From Lepidodermella squamata (taxonomy: Eukaryota; Animalia; Gastrotricha), in the NCBI GenBank assembly GCA_047495785.1, contig JBLDXI010000029.1, positions 992,001 to 1,056,000 on the forward strand: a stretch of 64,000 bases of DNA, given 5' to 3'. Below, piece after piece: positions 49,392-63,659 of this stretch (position 1 is the stretch's first letter; each line of letters begins with the position of its first letter). The notes under the pieces are model-generated. The model ran no database searches. It was not told the origin of the DNA and saw only the letters and a program-made list of their open reading frames with translations. The position numbers and the translations under genes are program-made.

Positions 49392-52300
49392 TTAGCATGA
49401 AGAAGAATCTACGCCGCCTATGTGTTGAATCATGTCGAGAAGCAGGCGGTCTTGCATGAACCGCAACCGGGACGTATTTTCAACGGCTCGACCGGCTTCT
49501 TCGCGCGCTTCCCGTACGTATTTAACGACAAATTCGCGAACTTTGACGCCGACGTTCTGCTGAGAAGGCGGCGAAACCGGGATGAGGCCGAATATTTGCT
49601 CCATTTTAGTCAACTCGGGCTCAGAAACCTGATAATAAGGAAATCAAATTAAATTTAAATGACTTTTTAGCCATTTTCAAAATTTTCAAATGATCAAATT
49701 TTATAAAATAAAAAAATGCCAGCGATTTTATGCATAATTTTGAAGAGTCGAAAAAATTTCAAACTGATTTTTCAAACTGACCTGTTCGCCGTTAATTGAT
49801 GAAACACCTGTTTTCCAGGATAAAAATGGGCGCCAATAGGTGAGCGATGTCACAGGGTTGCCGACGAAGCCGACGACTATTTGTTGGACGCGCTTCACCG
49901 CCGTCATCAGCGACAACTGCACCAGAGTTTCGATATTGCACTCGTTAAAACAAATAACCTGAAAAAAATTGAAAATTAAATGAAATTCTCAGATCAATGG
50001 ATGAGTTTTGTGATTTTCATATATTTACAAAAATTGTTCGAATTTTCAATTTCATTCCCAATCCCAGATAGTTGTTCAAATTTTCAAATTTGTGAGGATG
50101 AATTTGAGACTTACACTAAGGGTGGGATAGTAAGACTTGAGTTTGCCAAAGTGAGGCGCTATTTCGTTGTAATTAATGCGATTGAAAGAAATTGTCGTGA
50201 TATTGGCAGGGCTTTGAACACCAGGATGCGTAGCTTTGAACAGCGATTCAACATCGTAAACGTCCAATTGTTGCCTGAAAATAGCGAACAATAATTATTT
50301 TTGAATATTCTCGAAAAATTTTCCAACTCACGATATTGAAACGCCACCAGGAATTTTAATTTTGAAAGTAGTCGGTTTGCTAAGAGATTGCTGGCCGTTG
50401 CTGCTGGCCGTCGTGGTTCCAGTCGACATGGCGGTACCAGTGGCGGCTGCTGATTGTAAATTGCCAGTTGGAGGAGGCTGCCGAACCGGTTGCTCACTAC
50501 TGACCTGTTCACGCGAAGCTGGGGCGGAAGCACTAGTCGAATCGTTAGCATGCCATGTTTTACCAGAATTCTAAAATAAATCACACAAGGCGTTGAAAAA
50601 ATTTGGAATTTCCATAAAAAAATAATGGCAATTTCGGAGTTTGAAAAAAACTACTAACATTCAGATCGGCATGAGCAGATAAAGCAACAGGGCCAGGCGC
50701 TGGAGTTCCAATTTTGAATGCATTCGCGATTTGCCGTTCATCATCCTAAAATGATAAGAAAAATATATTAGATTCAAAAATTGAAAAAATCAAACAAGAC
50801 AAAAAGCGGATCAATAACAAGCCACAAATAATGAAAACCCGGCAAAATTACAGCTCGATCATGCAGGGATAACAGACGAATAATTGAAAAAGCTCCGAAA
50901 ATCTGAGAAAATATTGGATTTTTTTACAAGAACAGGGTCACATTCAGCTAATACAAGATAAAACAGGTTTCATGATTTACTTCAGGCTTTGAGGACATCC
51001 TCGACTAAAAATTGGTTAAATAAATAAAAATACCTTCATTAGTCACGCGAAAATTAGGTATTAAATTAATCTCTCTCGGGTTTCAAAAATTAATTCAACT
51101 CAATTTAAAATCTCAACCGCATTTCAACGACACGCAAATAAAATTTCGCCCGTACTCCTCGTCCGGATAATTCCTTTGTCGTAGGTGGGACAATGCGGGC
51201 CACGGCTAGTGAATTGATATCGCTTGCCACGCCCGGCATGAAAAGTGCCCTTCTTTGGCTTATATTGCTCGATAGGCCAACTACCTGAGCAGGATCTGGC
51301 CGGCATGTGTGGACTATGGATGTAGTTGATTCCCAGTGATGAGGCATTAAAGCAGAGTACATTCCGGCGGCTATTGATAGCTCACGGGGCGCTGAGTTGG
51401 GCCGGTCGCTCGACATTGATGTTTGAAAGGCGGAACTTATATTGTGCTGAAGCAAGCAGCCGATGCATACATAGGCTGATAGCAGCGTTCTCAATGACGC
51501 AGCCTTTCATTTATCATCAGCAAAGCGTGAATCATCCCATGGTCATTTGTGAATTTCAATAAGCAACGAGTAAAATTAGCTACTAACCGAATCAGAATCT
51601 GATGTGTCTAAACTTGGCTAATGTATCGCAGAAATTAGTTTCTAACTAGCTGCTAAAGGCTGGATTTGTCAAACTCTATAGCGACTTACCGTTATACGCT
51701 TGAGATCCAACTGCTTTATTTGAGGCATTTGTTTGATAGTAGCGATTCGATAGCACGGACCTTGGCACAGAGGGTTGCCATCTAAGGCTATTTCGACGAG
51801 AGATCGGCATAATGCAATATTTGCGATATCTTCGAATCGGCCGATCATATTATAGCTTAGGTATAGCTGCTTCAGATTCCCCAAAAATTCGCAGTCTTTC
51901 TGTAAAGCATCGAAGTTTTAACAAATATAGGAGGATGAAAAAATGATTACTAACCACTGTCTCAATTAAATTTCTCCTAAGGTTGAGTTCAGTCAACGAG
52001 TGTAAACCTCGCAGATTTTCGACTTTTCTTATTTGATTTCCGGCCAAATTCAGCACACGAAGTTCTTGAAGCTGCTCGAGGTTTTCTATTTTTACGATTT
52101 GGTTGTTGTGAAGGTCTAGAACGTCTAGTTTTCTCAGCCCGGCTAGATTTTCAATGCGCTTGATCTTGTTTTTGCCCAGCATTAGGACACGAAGAGATTT
52201 GAGCACGTCCAAGCCGGATATAGCGGTAATTTGGTTATCGTAGAGGTCGAGGAAGATCAGCTTAGTCAGGTTGCTTAGATTCTCAATACGAGTGATCAAG

Positions 52301-52723
52301 TTGTGTTGATAGTTCAGCAGCCGCAAATGAGCTTCACCTTCCAAAATCGGACATAGAGCAAGCCGTTGCCTGTTAGTTTTCAAATTTAAATATATTCAGC
52401 TACAATTAAAAAGTTATACTTGTCCAAGTTGAGACGATCAGGACACTGAGCTTTTGCGGATGGAGTTCTCGTTATAACAGGAAAGCCACTCGGACTCCAT
52501 GAGATTACAAAATCGCCACCTTTTTATGGGATAATTTTCGGGTGACGAGGTTAATCTTCCAAATTAACTTACTTGGAAGTTTTATCGTCTCCTCTTCAAC
52601 GACACCGGGCTTCCTGAGTCCATCCAGTAGAAATGCCGAGCCTGGCTCTCTGTCAGCATTCGAAATTTGAATGCCTTCTATTTGAAAGCTCTGGCGTGAG
52701 AATCCGACAGGCGTCTTCTTCAT
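49392..52723 (-). CDS. LRRC49: Leucine-rich repeat-containing protein 49
   Basis: CPDRLNLD|KQRLALCPILEGEAHLRLLNYQHNLITRIENLSNLTKLIFLDLYDNQI...LRVLMLGKNKI, LRRcap GNPLC...YR...QLDLKRIT, and later GNPVTSLTYWRPF. About 9 exons joined in frame at GT-AG sites; start codon tentative. Confidence 0.92.
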
Positions 52724-55700
52724 TCCTGGATTGAGCTCAGCAAACAAAACTCTCCATCTTCAAGTAGAGAAGCGTTTCGTCTCCGCGACTTCAGCTTAGA
52801 AAAGACCATTAAAACCCATCACAAAATTTCCATGTGCTCCAAACGCATCTAAAAATGCAGTGAGATGAAACTTTTCAGGCTATTTTAAACAAACAACGAG
52901 AATGAAATTACTACCGAATCGCGAATCCCTATAATTATCTTTTGAACATCCCGTGAGTAATTATAGGCATGCTAAGCAATCACGGCGATTCATTCTTAGT
53001 CGAAAACGGCATGACAGCCTCTGGTCTTGGATGATAAATGTGCAAGGTGAATACGGCTATTTTTGTATACAGTTCAAGAATGACCATCTTTTAATCTGTG
53101 GGCGTTCATTTGAGCGGCACTTAAAGCATAAAAAGAGCATCGAAGAGGGGTAGAAATGAGGGCGTTTGATACGCGTCTCCAATAGAAACCAAACATTAAA
53201 ATATTCCGATCATATGATATACGTTTCATATTAAAAAATAAATTTTTGTTGTATATTCATGTGAACTATATATTTTGGCGGGCGCCAAATTTTTCTTGTT
53301 TCGAGTTGATTCCTTGCGATTTTTTTTACCTTGCCAGGTTGTATCGGCTTCGCAAGGCCGCCCACCTCCTACGCGTTCTCACGGTTTATTTGCCATTTTT
53401 CTATTTGCCGTTATATTGTTCTTGAAATAACCACATATGGAAATCGCTCACGCCCTTACTATCAGCTCAAGTTTATGGCGAGCTTAATCTCAAATCTCAA
53501 CGTTTCTGTTCGCAAATAATGGAGTCATTTTACTAGTAGCGTGAGACAAGGCAGCATGAAGTCTCCAATCTGCAAACCTGGTTCGGATAGAGCTGAAATA
53601 ACAGTAGAGAATTGAAAATACAGCTATATGACGGATTATTCTCTCTTTTATGACCGTTTTCGTCGGCTGACCGACGTGACTGGTGTTTGGGGAGTAATAA
53701 TTTCGAGTCACAATACATTTTCTGCTCCTCGAATAAGAGCTTGGACAATACTTATTGCCTTTTTTGAAACTGCCGTTTCGCGTTGCGCGTGTACACAGTA
53801 TATTACTTATCAAAAATGAAAAACTTTGATGTTAACAAACTTATCTGAGCGAATGCTAGATTATCAAGTAGTTGAAATTGAATTCGCGGTACTCACCTCG
53901 AACGCCTGGTTCAAGCTCGACATTGTTTTTCGTCATCTTTCATCATCTTTATTTGATTTCGTCATATTGGAGCAAAATACAGTAATTAATCATCATTGGT
54001 CGAATAATAGTTGAAATACGGATTCATCGATTTTTAAAATAGACTGCAACTTGCCGTAGGCTGAGGGGTCTTTTTAGTCTCATGTTGAGGATCACTCAGT
54101 CTGGAAATATCAAGTTAATTATGCCAAGCGCTAAGCGCTAAATCACTCAACATTCTTCATTCTCCCTTTAGCCGTTCATTTCATGGGCAAAACTTTGCCT
54201 TGCTCCATCTTAATGAACTAGTTTATTATTTACACTTGGATACATTTTTCATAAAGTAGTTTTGATTTAGTTTTAGCGCTTGTACAAGTTACATCTCGCA
54301 GCTCGGTACTTCTATTTTGTTCTCTTTAATTGCGTTTATTGAGCAAAGGCTCGTCATTCATCGCGCCATTCGCATTCATTTCTGCTTAGCGGGTCAGTTC
54401 ATTTGTTTTTTTTCTAGCATTCGATTATTTTTCGCTGTTGCAGACTGTTGATAGAATACTGTGCAGTTTGTGCTGTTTGATTGCCAGTATTTCAGAATCT
54501 TATTAGATCGAGACGATTATAACTAGTATCAAATGAAAAACAGCTTGCCTACTAATAAATTCAAGCCACCACAGGAAGCTAAGCCAAGTAATAATTTTAA
54601 TATATTCGCATTAAAACCGCAGCGCATGTGTCGCCGGGTGCATTTATAATATTGCTGAGCAATCGTCTTGCTCGCATCCCCTCAAGACATCCGGCGCTTC
54701 TATTCTAGCACTACACGATAGCATCATGTCTCGGGGTGACACATACATACACATTCAAGTTATTTGCATTCGGCTTTTTTCAGCTGTCTTGGCGTCTTTT
54801 ATCACCATCATCAGTATGCAAACTAGCATTACCGCACTTCCGCTTGGCGTAATAAAACTCGTGATAGAAAATTCGATCCTCTTTTGGTTTTTTCTCTCCT
54901 CGTTGCCTAACGTCATGCGGCTGGTGATAACAATAAAAAGCGATAGCAGTAATAATATTCATAAACATTCCGAGGGATATCTTGGCCGAGTTTCTACGTT
55001 ATTATTGTGTCTAGGTGCCTTTTTTGACGCGCGCGCGCCGAATTTTACGATACATAATAAAATCTCTAGATGATAGTAATAATAATAATAATAGGGTGGC
55101 TGTGCAAAATAGCCAGGTATTTGTGTGACTTGTTTACGCGCCACGATGACAATGAGGCGCTCGCGTGGCTAATTTCAAGTGGCCACTAGCACAAACACAG
55201 CATTTTGTATTCATCATCATCCTTTTTTCAGGCATCACCGACCAGTAATAATGGACCGAACTAAGTTATTTACTTGTCACTTTTCATCATCACCCGCGCT
55301 TTCGTTCGTTAGTTCGACTTATTTGTCATGTATATAGCTAGCTGACACATGCATGGGCATTAGCGAAATGATGACGGCTAAATGTGATATCTATCTGCTA
55401 CAAAAAGCGTGCACTTAATCTACACGTTGATTTCGCGCTCGTGTCATGTAGCTTCGTGGTTAGTGTCATTTTTGAGCTAAATGATCTTGAACTCCGCTTT
55501 TAGGTGTCAAATTTGCACGTGGCCGAGTGCTTAATTTGCTTTCATTTTTGTATTAATTTTTGTTGAATTACGATCTTTACCGCGAATTAATCTAATAATC
55601 TCGTGCCACAAGTCAACACCGCTTGAAAACAATTCATTTTAAAACTTATTCCGAAATCTAGGCTCAGCTTTATGAAATTCTTGGATTAGTAACATTTAAT

Positions 55701-58700
55701 AATTTTTGCAATTTATTCGGTGCGAAGTATTGATGGCTGAAGTATCTCGGGTCTCAGGAATTGATGTTCTCTTTTCATTTCCTGATCGGAAATCCGTATG
55801 ATAAACCGGACTCGATGTTGTATACGGCTGAATTTTCGGTGTGGCTTAATTTTCGTTATTGGAGATTTCGGGTTTTGGGCCAGTAATTTTTTTTTCGTTA
55901 TTTAACTTCGAAAATTGGGTCGCAGGTCGCACCGAAAAAAGCCGAATACAGTATTATTTTTTCAACCCAGACAGCATTTTGCGATTTTTGTCCGATTTTG
56001 TCACCTTTTTCCGATTTATCATTGATTTTTTTTCTGAATTATTGAAATCCAAATATTGCCTTGTTTTAATCTTAGACATTTTCAAGGTTGTCATTTTTAC
56101 GTTGGATGCAACTTTGAACAGATTTTTTACCTTTTTACTCGATTTTTTCAGTGAATTTCCGAGTTAGTCGTATAGTTTTGGAAATTTTCAAGGCATAATT
56201 TTTGCATAAATGCTTTGCCAGAATTATTAGTCAAAAAAATCGTTTAAATTCGTGTTATAGATTATAGGATATTTCTTAATTCTTTATAACTGTTTTGCAA
56301 CTCTTAGAAAATCTTGATAATTCATTGCAATTTTAGGAAGTGCAACGTTAATGAGGACTGGCTTCTCACGTTTTAAATTATCTCTTACTCGTTAAGTATT
56401 TCATCGAAAGACGGCATAAAATTAGAGATAATTTTTAACAGCTTTGTCTTGCCTAAATTAGCGTCTCATTTCTGCGAGACCAAGTGCACACATGAGCACA
56501 AAGGTAGTAGTAGTCCTCGAACGCAGCCAGGTGCTAAATAAAACTGCGTCGGATGCTCGTTTTGTTGACAGCAAGAGAAAACTTGAGAGACACGGAGAGA
56601 TACTATCATGTAGAGATCGTCTAGCAGCAACAGCTTGGGCCTGTTTATATATACATATATAAAGCAGGATTCCAGCAACAACAACAACTGCTCATTTGGC
56701 TAACGCAAAATAAGAAGAAGAAGCCAGGCAAGTGTTCCTTTTCAACGATGTTTAATGATCTCGAGCCGCGAACGCTGTTTACCCCCTATCCTGGCTTGTT
56801 TTGACAGGCCCGCCCACGAATATAGCATACAGTATTATTATTATTAGAGATCGCAACTTCCAGCCGCATCAACAATAACAACAATAGCCGGCACGTGTTC
56901 AGAGGCGGCCGGCAGTTCCGCTTCATCGCGTTTTATCTGCGATTAATTCCATCGAACGGGCGGGGTAATTTATCTATCGAGTGCAATTTTTTACTACTAC
57001 ATGCATCTTACTACCAGGTATTAACAAGCAGGGCGTTATTGCCGCAAAAATGCGGGTTATTTTTTGCCCGGCCGTTGTTATCTATTGCCAATCGATCTTC
57101 GAGCGGCCGAATTTTTGCCGCCATGTTCGCAAATAATTGCGATACCATCTACTACGATTAGAAGCGTTAGAGCGTGGTTAGTTATCTAGCAACGGCCTGA
57201 TCGGGTAATTTAGAGTGCGGTTCCTGAGCAAAAAAGCTCTATATGCGGAATAACTTATGCTGCTTAGGGTAATAACTATGAGTAGTAGTTGTATGAATTT
57301 GATTTTGCACTCTTTGATACGTGCCTGCGTTCGCTGGCGCTGCTTTTTGCCGTGTTGCAAACTTGCCTTGGCCCGTGCTGAGCGCTTGCACTCGCCGAAT
57401 TCCACCCTTGACGGGTTGCTCTACAAAATACTCGCCTTTTTACCTTGTCTCCAGGCGATGATACCTTCCTATTTATCTGCTAAATGCTCCCACATTGGCT
57501 TTTCGATTTTTGCCTAATTTTCGTACATTTCTTCTCATGCATTGTTCGTTAATTCTGGCTCAATTTATTTTCATAAAAATACAATTTTTTGTCGGTCGTG
57601 ATTTCAGGAAGGGGCCAATAAAATTTTCCAATTAATTCTGTTAAAATAATTTGAAAATTCTTAATTGAAACTTGAATATCTAGCAACTTATTGCGATAGA
57701 AGTAATTTTTCGTTAATTTGATTTTTTAATTTTTGGAAAAATTCTTCTGGGTCAGATCTTGTTTATCTTGTTTCCTAGTTATTTTTGAGATTCAAGCTTC
57801 GATAGAGTTACTATATATTTTCTAATGATTTTTCTATTGCGGCTACCGGAATATTTTTACTTTCAGAAAAATTGCAATGAGAACTAGACATGTTTCTTGA
57901 GTTTTTCTCTTGATCGGTGTTTTTCTTCTATATTGATATATTTCTCTATTCATTGTCTATAGATATTTCATTGATTTTTTTATTCAGGCAATTACCCTCT
58001 TGGAAAACCTACCTAATTACTTTATAATCTGGAACCTAGACATATCAAAAGGATCTTCGATCAATTTAATGTCCATTCTGCTTCAGTCAAGAGCGCTTGA
58101 AATGCGGAATGTGCATTAATATTTTTCTTGGAAAAAGTGGAAAGCTGATGTTTGTAATAATGTGTAGAAAAATTTGACTCTTGATTAGATATCCGAGCTG
58201 TAATTTTCACGTACAATTCCATATTTAATTTTTTTCAAATTTATCGATTCGTAACGGAGGCAATTTCAGTCATTTTTCTTCTCATTTTAGCGAAAAGTGG
58301 ATTTATTTTCTTGGAGAATCGCTGGTCTTGAGAAATTTGAGATGATTGTCTTATTTCCATAGAAATATGACGCTTGTTTGGCTCGGTTTCTTGTATTCAT
58401 TCAGAAAATTTTGCATGCTTGAGTAATTTTTATTTCTCCCCTGGCTCTATTATCAAAAACGATTTTTTTCTTGGAATAATGCGATTTAAACTGAAAAAAC
58501 TCATCGATTTCTTCATCAAGCGGGTTCTATTTTTTCGCCGCGGTTAAGAGGCCAATAACATGCGCTGATATCAGTATTTTGTACACTGCATAACTAACAT
58601 GGTGCAATCGATTTTGCGCTATCGTATTTCGAGTAGTTTTTTCTCCACTCTCTCTATCAATCCATTACGCGGAGCACAGCGCTAAAAAAATCATTATTTT

Positions 58701-58882
58701 ATTACACGAGCGCTTGACGTTTTGTTTTATTAATATTATTCTGATTCCCAAATGATAGGTGCCTTTTTTAATTTAATAACATAGTTTGTACCGGCGTATT
58801 ATGTAATACGGGCCGCGTCTTCAGCACATAGACAAGACAACAGCAATCGCATAAGACAGCAACTTTTTGGTACAATCTTTTA

Positions 58883-61658
58883 ATGGCGGCGCAAGTTATG
58901 ACAAATCACCACCAGCATCACCACGTGACCTTCAGCGGGTCCTCGCAGGCCCTGCGGCACTCGTCGCCCGGGCCGACCACTTCGATGTCAACGAATGGCC
59001 TCATGAACGGGTCGTATCAGAACGGCCACGCGAGTTTGACCATCGTCGAGCATGACAACCCGTTTCGGCCCGGCTCCGAGTTGATCGAGGAGGCCGAGTC
59101 GATTCTCAAGAGTGTGACAATCGTCGGCAGCCAGGTTATGATCAGCGGCCAGAATAACGACAGCGGCATTGTCGCGGCATCGCCTTCTCGTCAAAATGGT
59201 AAATTTCTTGAGAACTTTTCGAGATTTTCCAGGCTATTTAAATTATTTCAAAAATTGAAATCATTTGTTCAAATTTTTTCGATTTACGGATTTGTTCCGT
59301 ATTTTTTTCAAATTTTTAAGCTTTAAATTTTGTGTTTTCGGCACTATCTGGGATATTTTATTTTAGCTATCTGGTACAACCGGTGATTCTTAAAATCGAT
59401 ATTTGGAATCGATATTAGCTCTGTAGGCTGAAATATATCTCGTAAAATTACCTTTCATAGCCCAAAGTATACCAAAAACTATCCGTTAGGCCTTATGATA
59501 AAAACTTCCATAAATCTTTATTTTGCAAAAATTTGTTATTAAATTTTTTTTTCAAATATTTTCTGCATTTTTTCTAAATTTGCTCGATTTTTTGCTCGTT
59601 TCCAGGTTATTTTTTTGCAGCCTCATTTCGAGCCATTTGCGATAGGAGATTATTGAGTGTTTCGGGTTGAAAGCAGCCTAGTGGAAAATTTGAATTTCCG
59701 GATGATTTGTATCGAGCTGAATGCGTTTTTTGTTTGGATTGCAAAAATGAAGAAATTAGAACGCTCATGTTATGCCTCGATGATTTAACATGGCTGGCCG
59801 GTAATTCGAGATGATAGATTTTTTTTGCAATCAATGAAGTCAGAAATTTCTTGCGTTATCTGCCTATTTTTAGAGATTTTGCATATTGCAGAACGAGCGT
59901 GGGAATAGAATTGATAAATACATAGGCGGGAGGGGGTAGGGGATTATCGCGAGCTGGGATAAAATCTTCCGAAGGAGGCGAATATTCGGAATATAAAGCC
60001 AGATGCTATGCAAACGGTTGACTAATAGACTAGTCGAATTTAGTTTGAATTCCAAGTTCCAATTCAAGTTAATTGGAGAGAAGCTCCAAAATTGTTCATA
60101 AAAGCCTCAGCGTATACATTCCATTCCATATGAATAGCATTCCACCCGAGCTGAGGTCAAAGCTATCAATAACATCATCATCACTTCCGTCATTATGAAA
60201 TATAATATTGTCACGAAAAGGCGAAAGATGGCATTCGACGATTTGCGATTCGAAGAGTTCGGGTAGCTGTTCGAGTATTTCTTGAATTTTCAAAAAAGTT
60301 GATTTTTCGCTCGGCCTTTTCTGATTACGGCCTTTCCAAAAGCATTCATAGCCAAGGTAGGGATCTTTGAGACCAAGATTAGCTTGGAATTGACGGAATT
60401 TTCAATGTTCATGAATTTTCATGATCGAACAATTTCATCGATTTAGTTGATTTCCGCCGGAACCGGGAAGAACAAATGCGCAAGAAAGGCAAAGAATTCA
60501 CAGTAACGAACTCGTGTAGGCATGACAAAGTGAGCTTCGATCGAAGCAATCTGGGGTGGCGTGCTAAACCAATTCCGATCCAGAACATATTTTTTAGTTT
60601 CGATACGCCAGTTCGCGTAGCTCTTCGAGTATTTCTTGAATTTTCAAAATATCCGGTGTTTAGCTCGAGATAATTTCCACCCGAAAGCGGGAAGAACAAG
60701 GTGCAAGGAAGGCCAAGAACGGGATTCACTGCATTGGCAATGGCATTATATCCCGGGCATATTTTTCCATTGAATCGGCTGTTGAAATCGGTACAAAAAT
60801 TAGAAAATTAGGACAATTGATTAAATTTCATCGATGGCTTTGATAGTATCGGATCGAAACTTGGTCATTTTGTTAACATATTTCAAAATTAAAGTTTCGA
60901 GGCAAAAGACTCCATATCAACATCATTCATTTCCAGCAACGCATAGACTTCGGCAGCAGGCGAGCGCCTGACGATGAAGAAGAGGATGATAAATGTCGCA
61001 ACTGTTGAGGTGCTCATATCCAGTGCCATGGTAATGAACACTTATCCATGGCAACGGGGAAAAACCCCGAGAAATGTAGTCCAAGTAGGGAAAAATTAAC
61101 GGATTTTATCGGTTTTTTTCTCCGGTAAATTGGAAGCCCGAATTGAGCATGGGAAGTCCTCTTAGTAGGTTGAAGTAAAAAAATACGATAATTATCTGGG
61201 GATTTATGCGAATCCATGTATTTCAATAATATTTCTTTATTAATATTTATCCTTTTTTTCTAATTCTAGTCGGATCTCCCGCGGCAGCGAACGGCTCGGC
61301 GTTGCAGGCGAACGAAACGAACCTGCAAGTGTCGACCATCCTATCGACGAGCTCGAGCACGCCGGCCGGCCACGGCCAGCTGCGCGTCGACGTCGACCAG
61401 TTCACAGTGCAGCGCGCCTCGCCCGAGTCCCTGCGCCCCGACTCGCCGCCCCTGCGCGCCGAACACGTCGTCGTGACAACAACCGGCGACGTGAAAGCGA
61501 CGCCGGTCAAGCAGGCGCCCGAAGGCCCCTCGAACCCGTTCAAAGACCAAAAACTGATCGAAGAAGCGAACGTCGCCGTCGCGGCGTCGCAGCAACACGC
61601 GACGCCGGAGGACGGCAAAAAGTCGAAGAAGAAGAAGAAAAAGTGCACGATTTTGTAG
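58883..61658 (+). CDS. Uncharacterised disordered membrane-anchored protein with NPF motifs and polybasic-CaaX end
   Basis: Exons 58883-59198 and 61270-61658 join in phase 1; strong GC3 bias; DNPFRPGSELIEEAESIL, SNPFKD, C-terminus KKSKKKKKKCTIL*. Confidence 0.85.
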
Positions 61659-63346
61659 GCGCGCTTAGGGTCTTGGCGGGCGTCAGCTGTGATTATTCAT
61701 CAAAAAATTACTTCGGAAGAAAATTTTGTAAATGCCGCTTCGTTTTTTCCGCCGCCGCTACTCTTGCTTTCTATAGTGGCTAGGAAAAAAAATTCAATAA
61801 AAATAATACGAAAAATTGTTGTTGATTGCGCGTGGAAAAAATGCCGCAACCCGGTTACAACAACAATAATTTAAGGTGGATGTACTTTTTTTTCTCTCGC
61901 CCCAATTTTTTCTCACCTTTATTTATTTCGTGTTAATTTTCTCTCGTTTCAAATTTTTTGATTTCGTTGATGGTTATCATAAGTAGGTACAAATTGAAGG
62001 AAGTTGGCAGTTGAGCTTATCAGCCTTCGAAAAATTGTTGCTTGTTGTTGGCTCGGAAGAAATTGATCTGGAAACAAATATTTAGGAAATTAATTCACTG
62101 AGAAATACTTGCAAGGATTACAACACAAAATACTGTTTTTTGCCTGACCTCCTCTCCTCTGTATTTTGTACAGGCTCGTCTTGAAATTATCGCCGAATAA
62201 AATGAGATGATAATATGAGAAAATTTTCAAATCGGTGGCTATCTAGTTTTTCGGCGCCGATTTTGCACGTGGATTTCTGATTTTTCTGATTGCGCCGCCG
62301 TGGTCTTATTATTGCGATGAATTGTTGTAAAAAACGAACCATCATCATCACGTTTAGTTTGTCTGTTTTTTCTCTTTTTTTCGCTCGCTCGCTCGCTCGC
62401 TCTCATGACTTCGACGACAAGAGGCCGGATGGAAATATGGCCGGCCTTGTTATCTGTGTGTTTATTGTTTTCGCTCTTTGACTGACTCGACTGTTCGGTT
62501 TTTTCGCGCTGTACATACTGTCGGTCGTTATTCTACGATATATTATTATTAATTAATATTATTATTACTATTGCTATTATGATACCTTGTCTCGCAACGC
62601 TGCGTTGGAGAAATCACGATGAACGTGAACGATACTGGCAGAGAAAAATAAAAAAACGCGTTTCTCATTTTGGTCGAGTTTTTATCCGATTTGGGGTTTC
62701 GAGCTGAACTGGTTCCCGATTTAAGAGGAAGCTGAATCGAGCAAGCTGAATCGATTAATATTCATCCGAGTGCCTAAAAGCAATGTTTTTGACTTCGGGG
62801 TTTTGACCGAAGGAAAAAGTATAAATTTGGCATTTTTTTACGCAATTCAAAGAACCTGATAAGAGCCAAATTTTACCTGGCGTTAGCCATGCCTAAGAGC
62901 TGCCTGTGGTAGAAAAATTAGCCCTCCAGGGTTACCCATTCATGTGTTTTCAAAACTCAAAGCTTGCACTTAAATATTGCGCTACAAGTACCTAGGTAAT
63001 CAGCCAGATCTCTCAGAATACGACAAATGTAAAGCAGATGAAGTTATTCTTCTGAACTTCTGAACTTCAATTCGTTGAACATAAGAATGAAACAGCACCA
63101 AGATGAATGTTAATGTTCCAAAAACATCGTCCTGCTCGCTTCAAGTGTAGAGCTCAATTCGAGCTACTAGGGTTCGATTTCGATATTACTATCGGTGTCG
63201 GTGTAATATAAGTTTATTTGCAATTTCGAAGTTATTTGTGGCAGATTATACGGGGTTATATTGCTCTGAAAATGTCGAGAAAAATAAATTTATCGTGTTC
63301 ACCTATTGCGCCGCTTTCTGGAACCGCCGATATTTTGTCATACAGT

Positions 63347-63472
63347 TCACGGGAAGAACAATCTCAGCACGCCGACCGATGTTACCTCGCATACCTCGAA
63401 GCGTTAAGCAAGCTTTTTGATGAAAACAAAGCTAAATACGGCTAAGAACAGTTTCCGTTGATATTTTGTTGA
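63347..63472 (+). pseudogene. Isolated C-terminal fragment of a DGAT2/MOGAT-family acyltransferase
   Basis: AYLEALSKLFDENKAKYG*EQFPLIFC* resembles the DAGAT-family end (Y..AL..LF..HK.KYG....L.F); has an internal stop and no upstream exons. Confidence 0.55.
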
Positions 63473-63659
63473 ACTAAGCTTTTCGAGTCATACAGAGAAT
63501 TTGCTGATTTTCTTGGAAACAAAATTAAAACAAAATGAAAGCAATCATTTGCGTTATTCAAGATTAATTATAAATTCAGCTCGGAATTCCTTTGTTAGTT
63601 TCAGTTCAGTTTCAGCATAGTTCAGTTCGTAAGAAGTTCCTGATTTAGTCTGCTCGTCC

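Noticed and set aside
49392-52723. TTLL7 and LRRC49 as a tubulin-glutamylation gene cluster
   Set aside because: They are 47 kb apart with unrelated genes between them, and LRRC49 is linked to the TTLL1 complex; likely coincidence.
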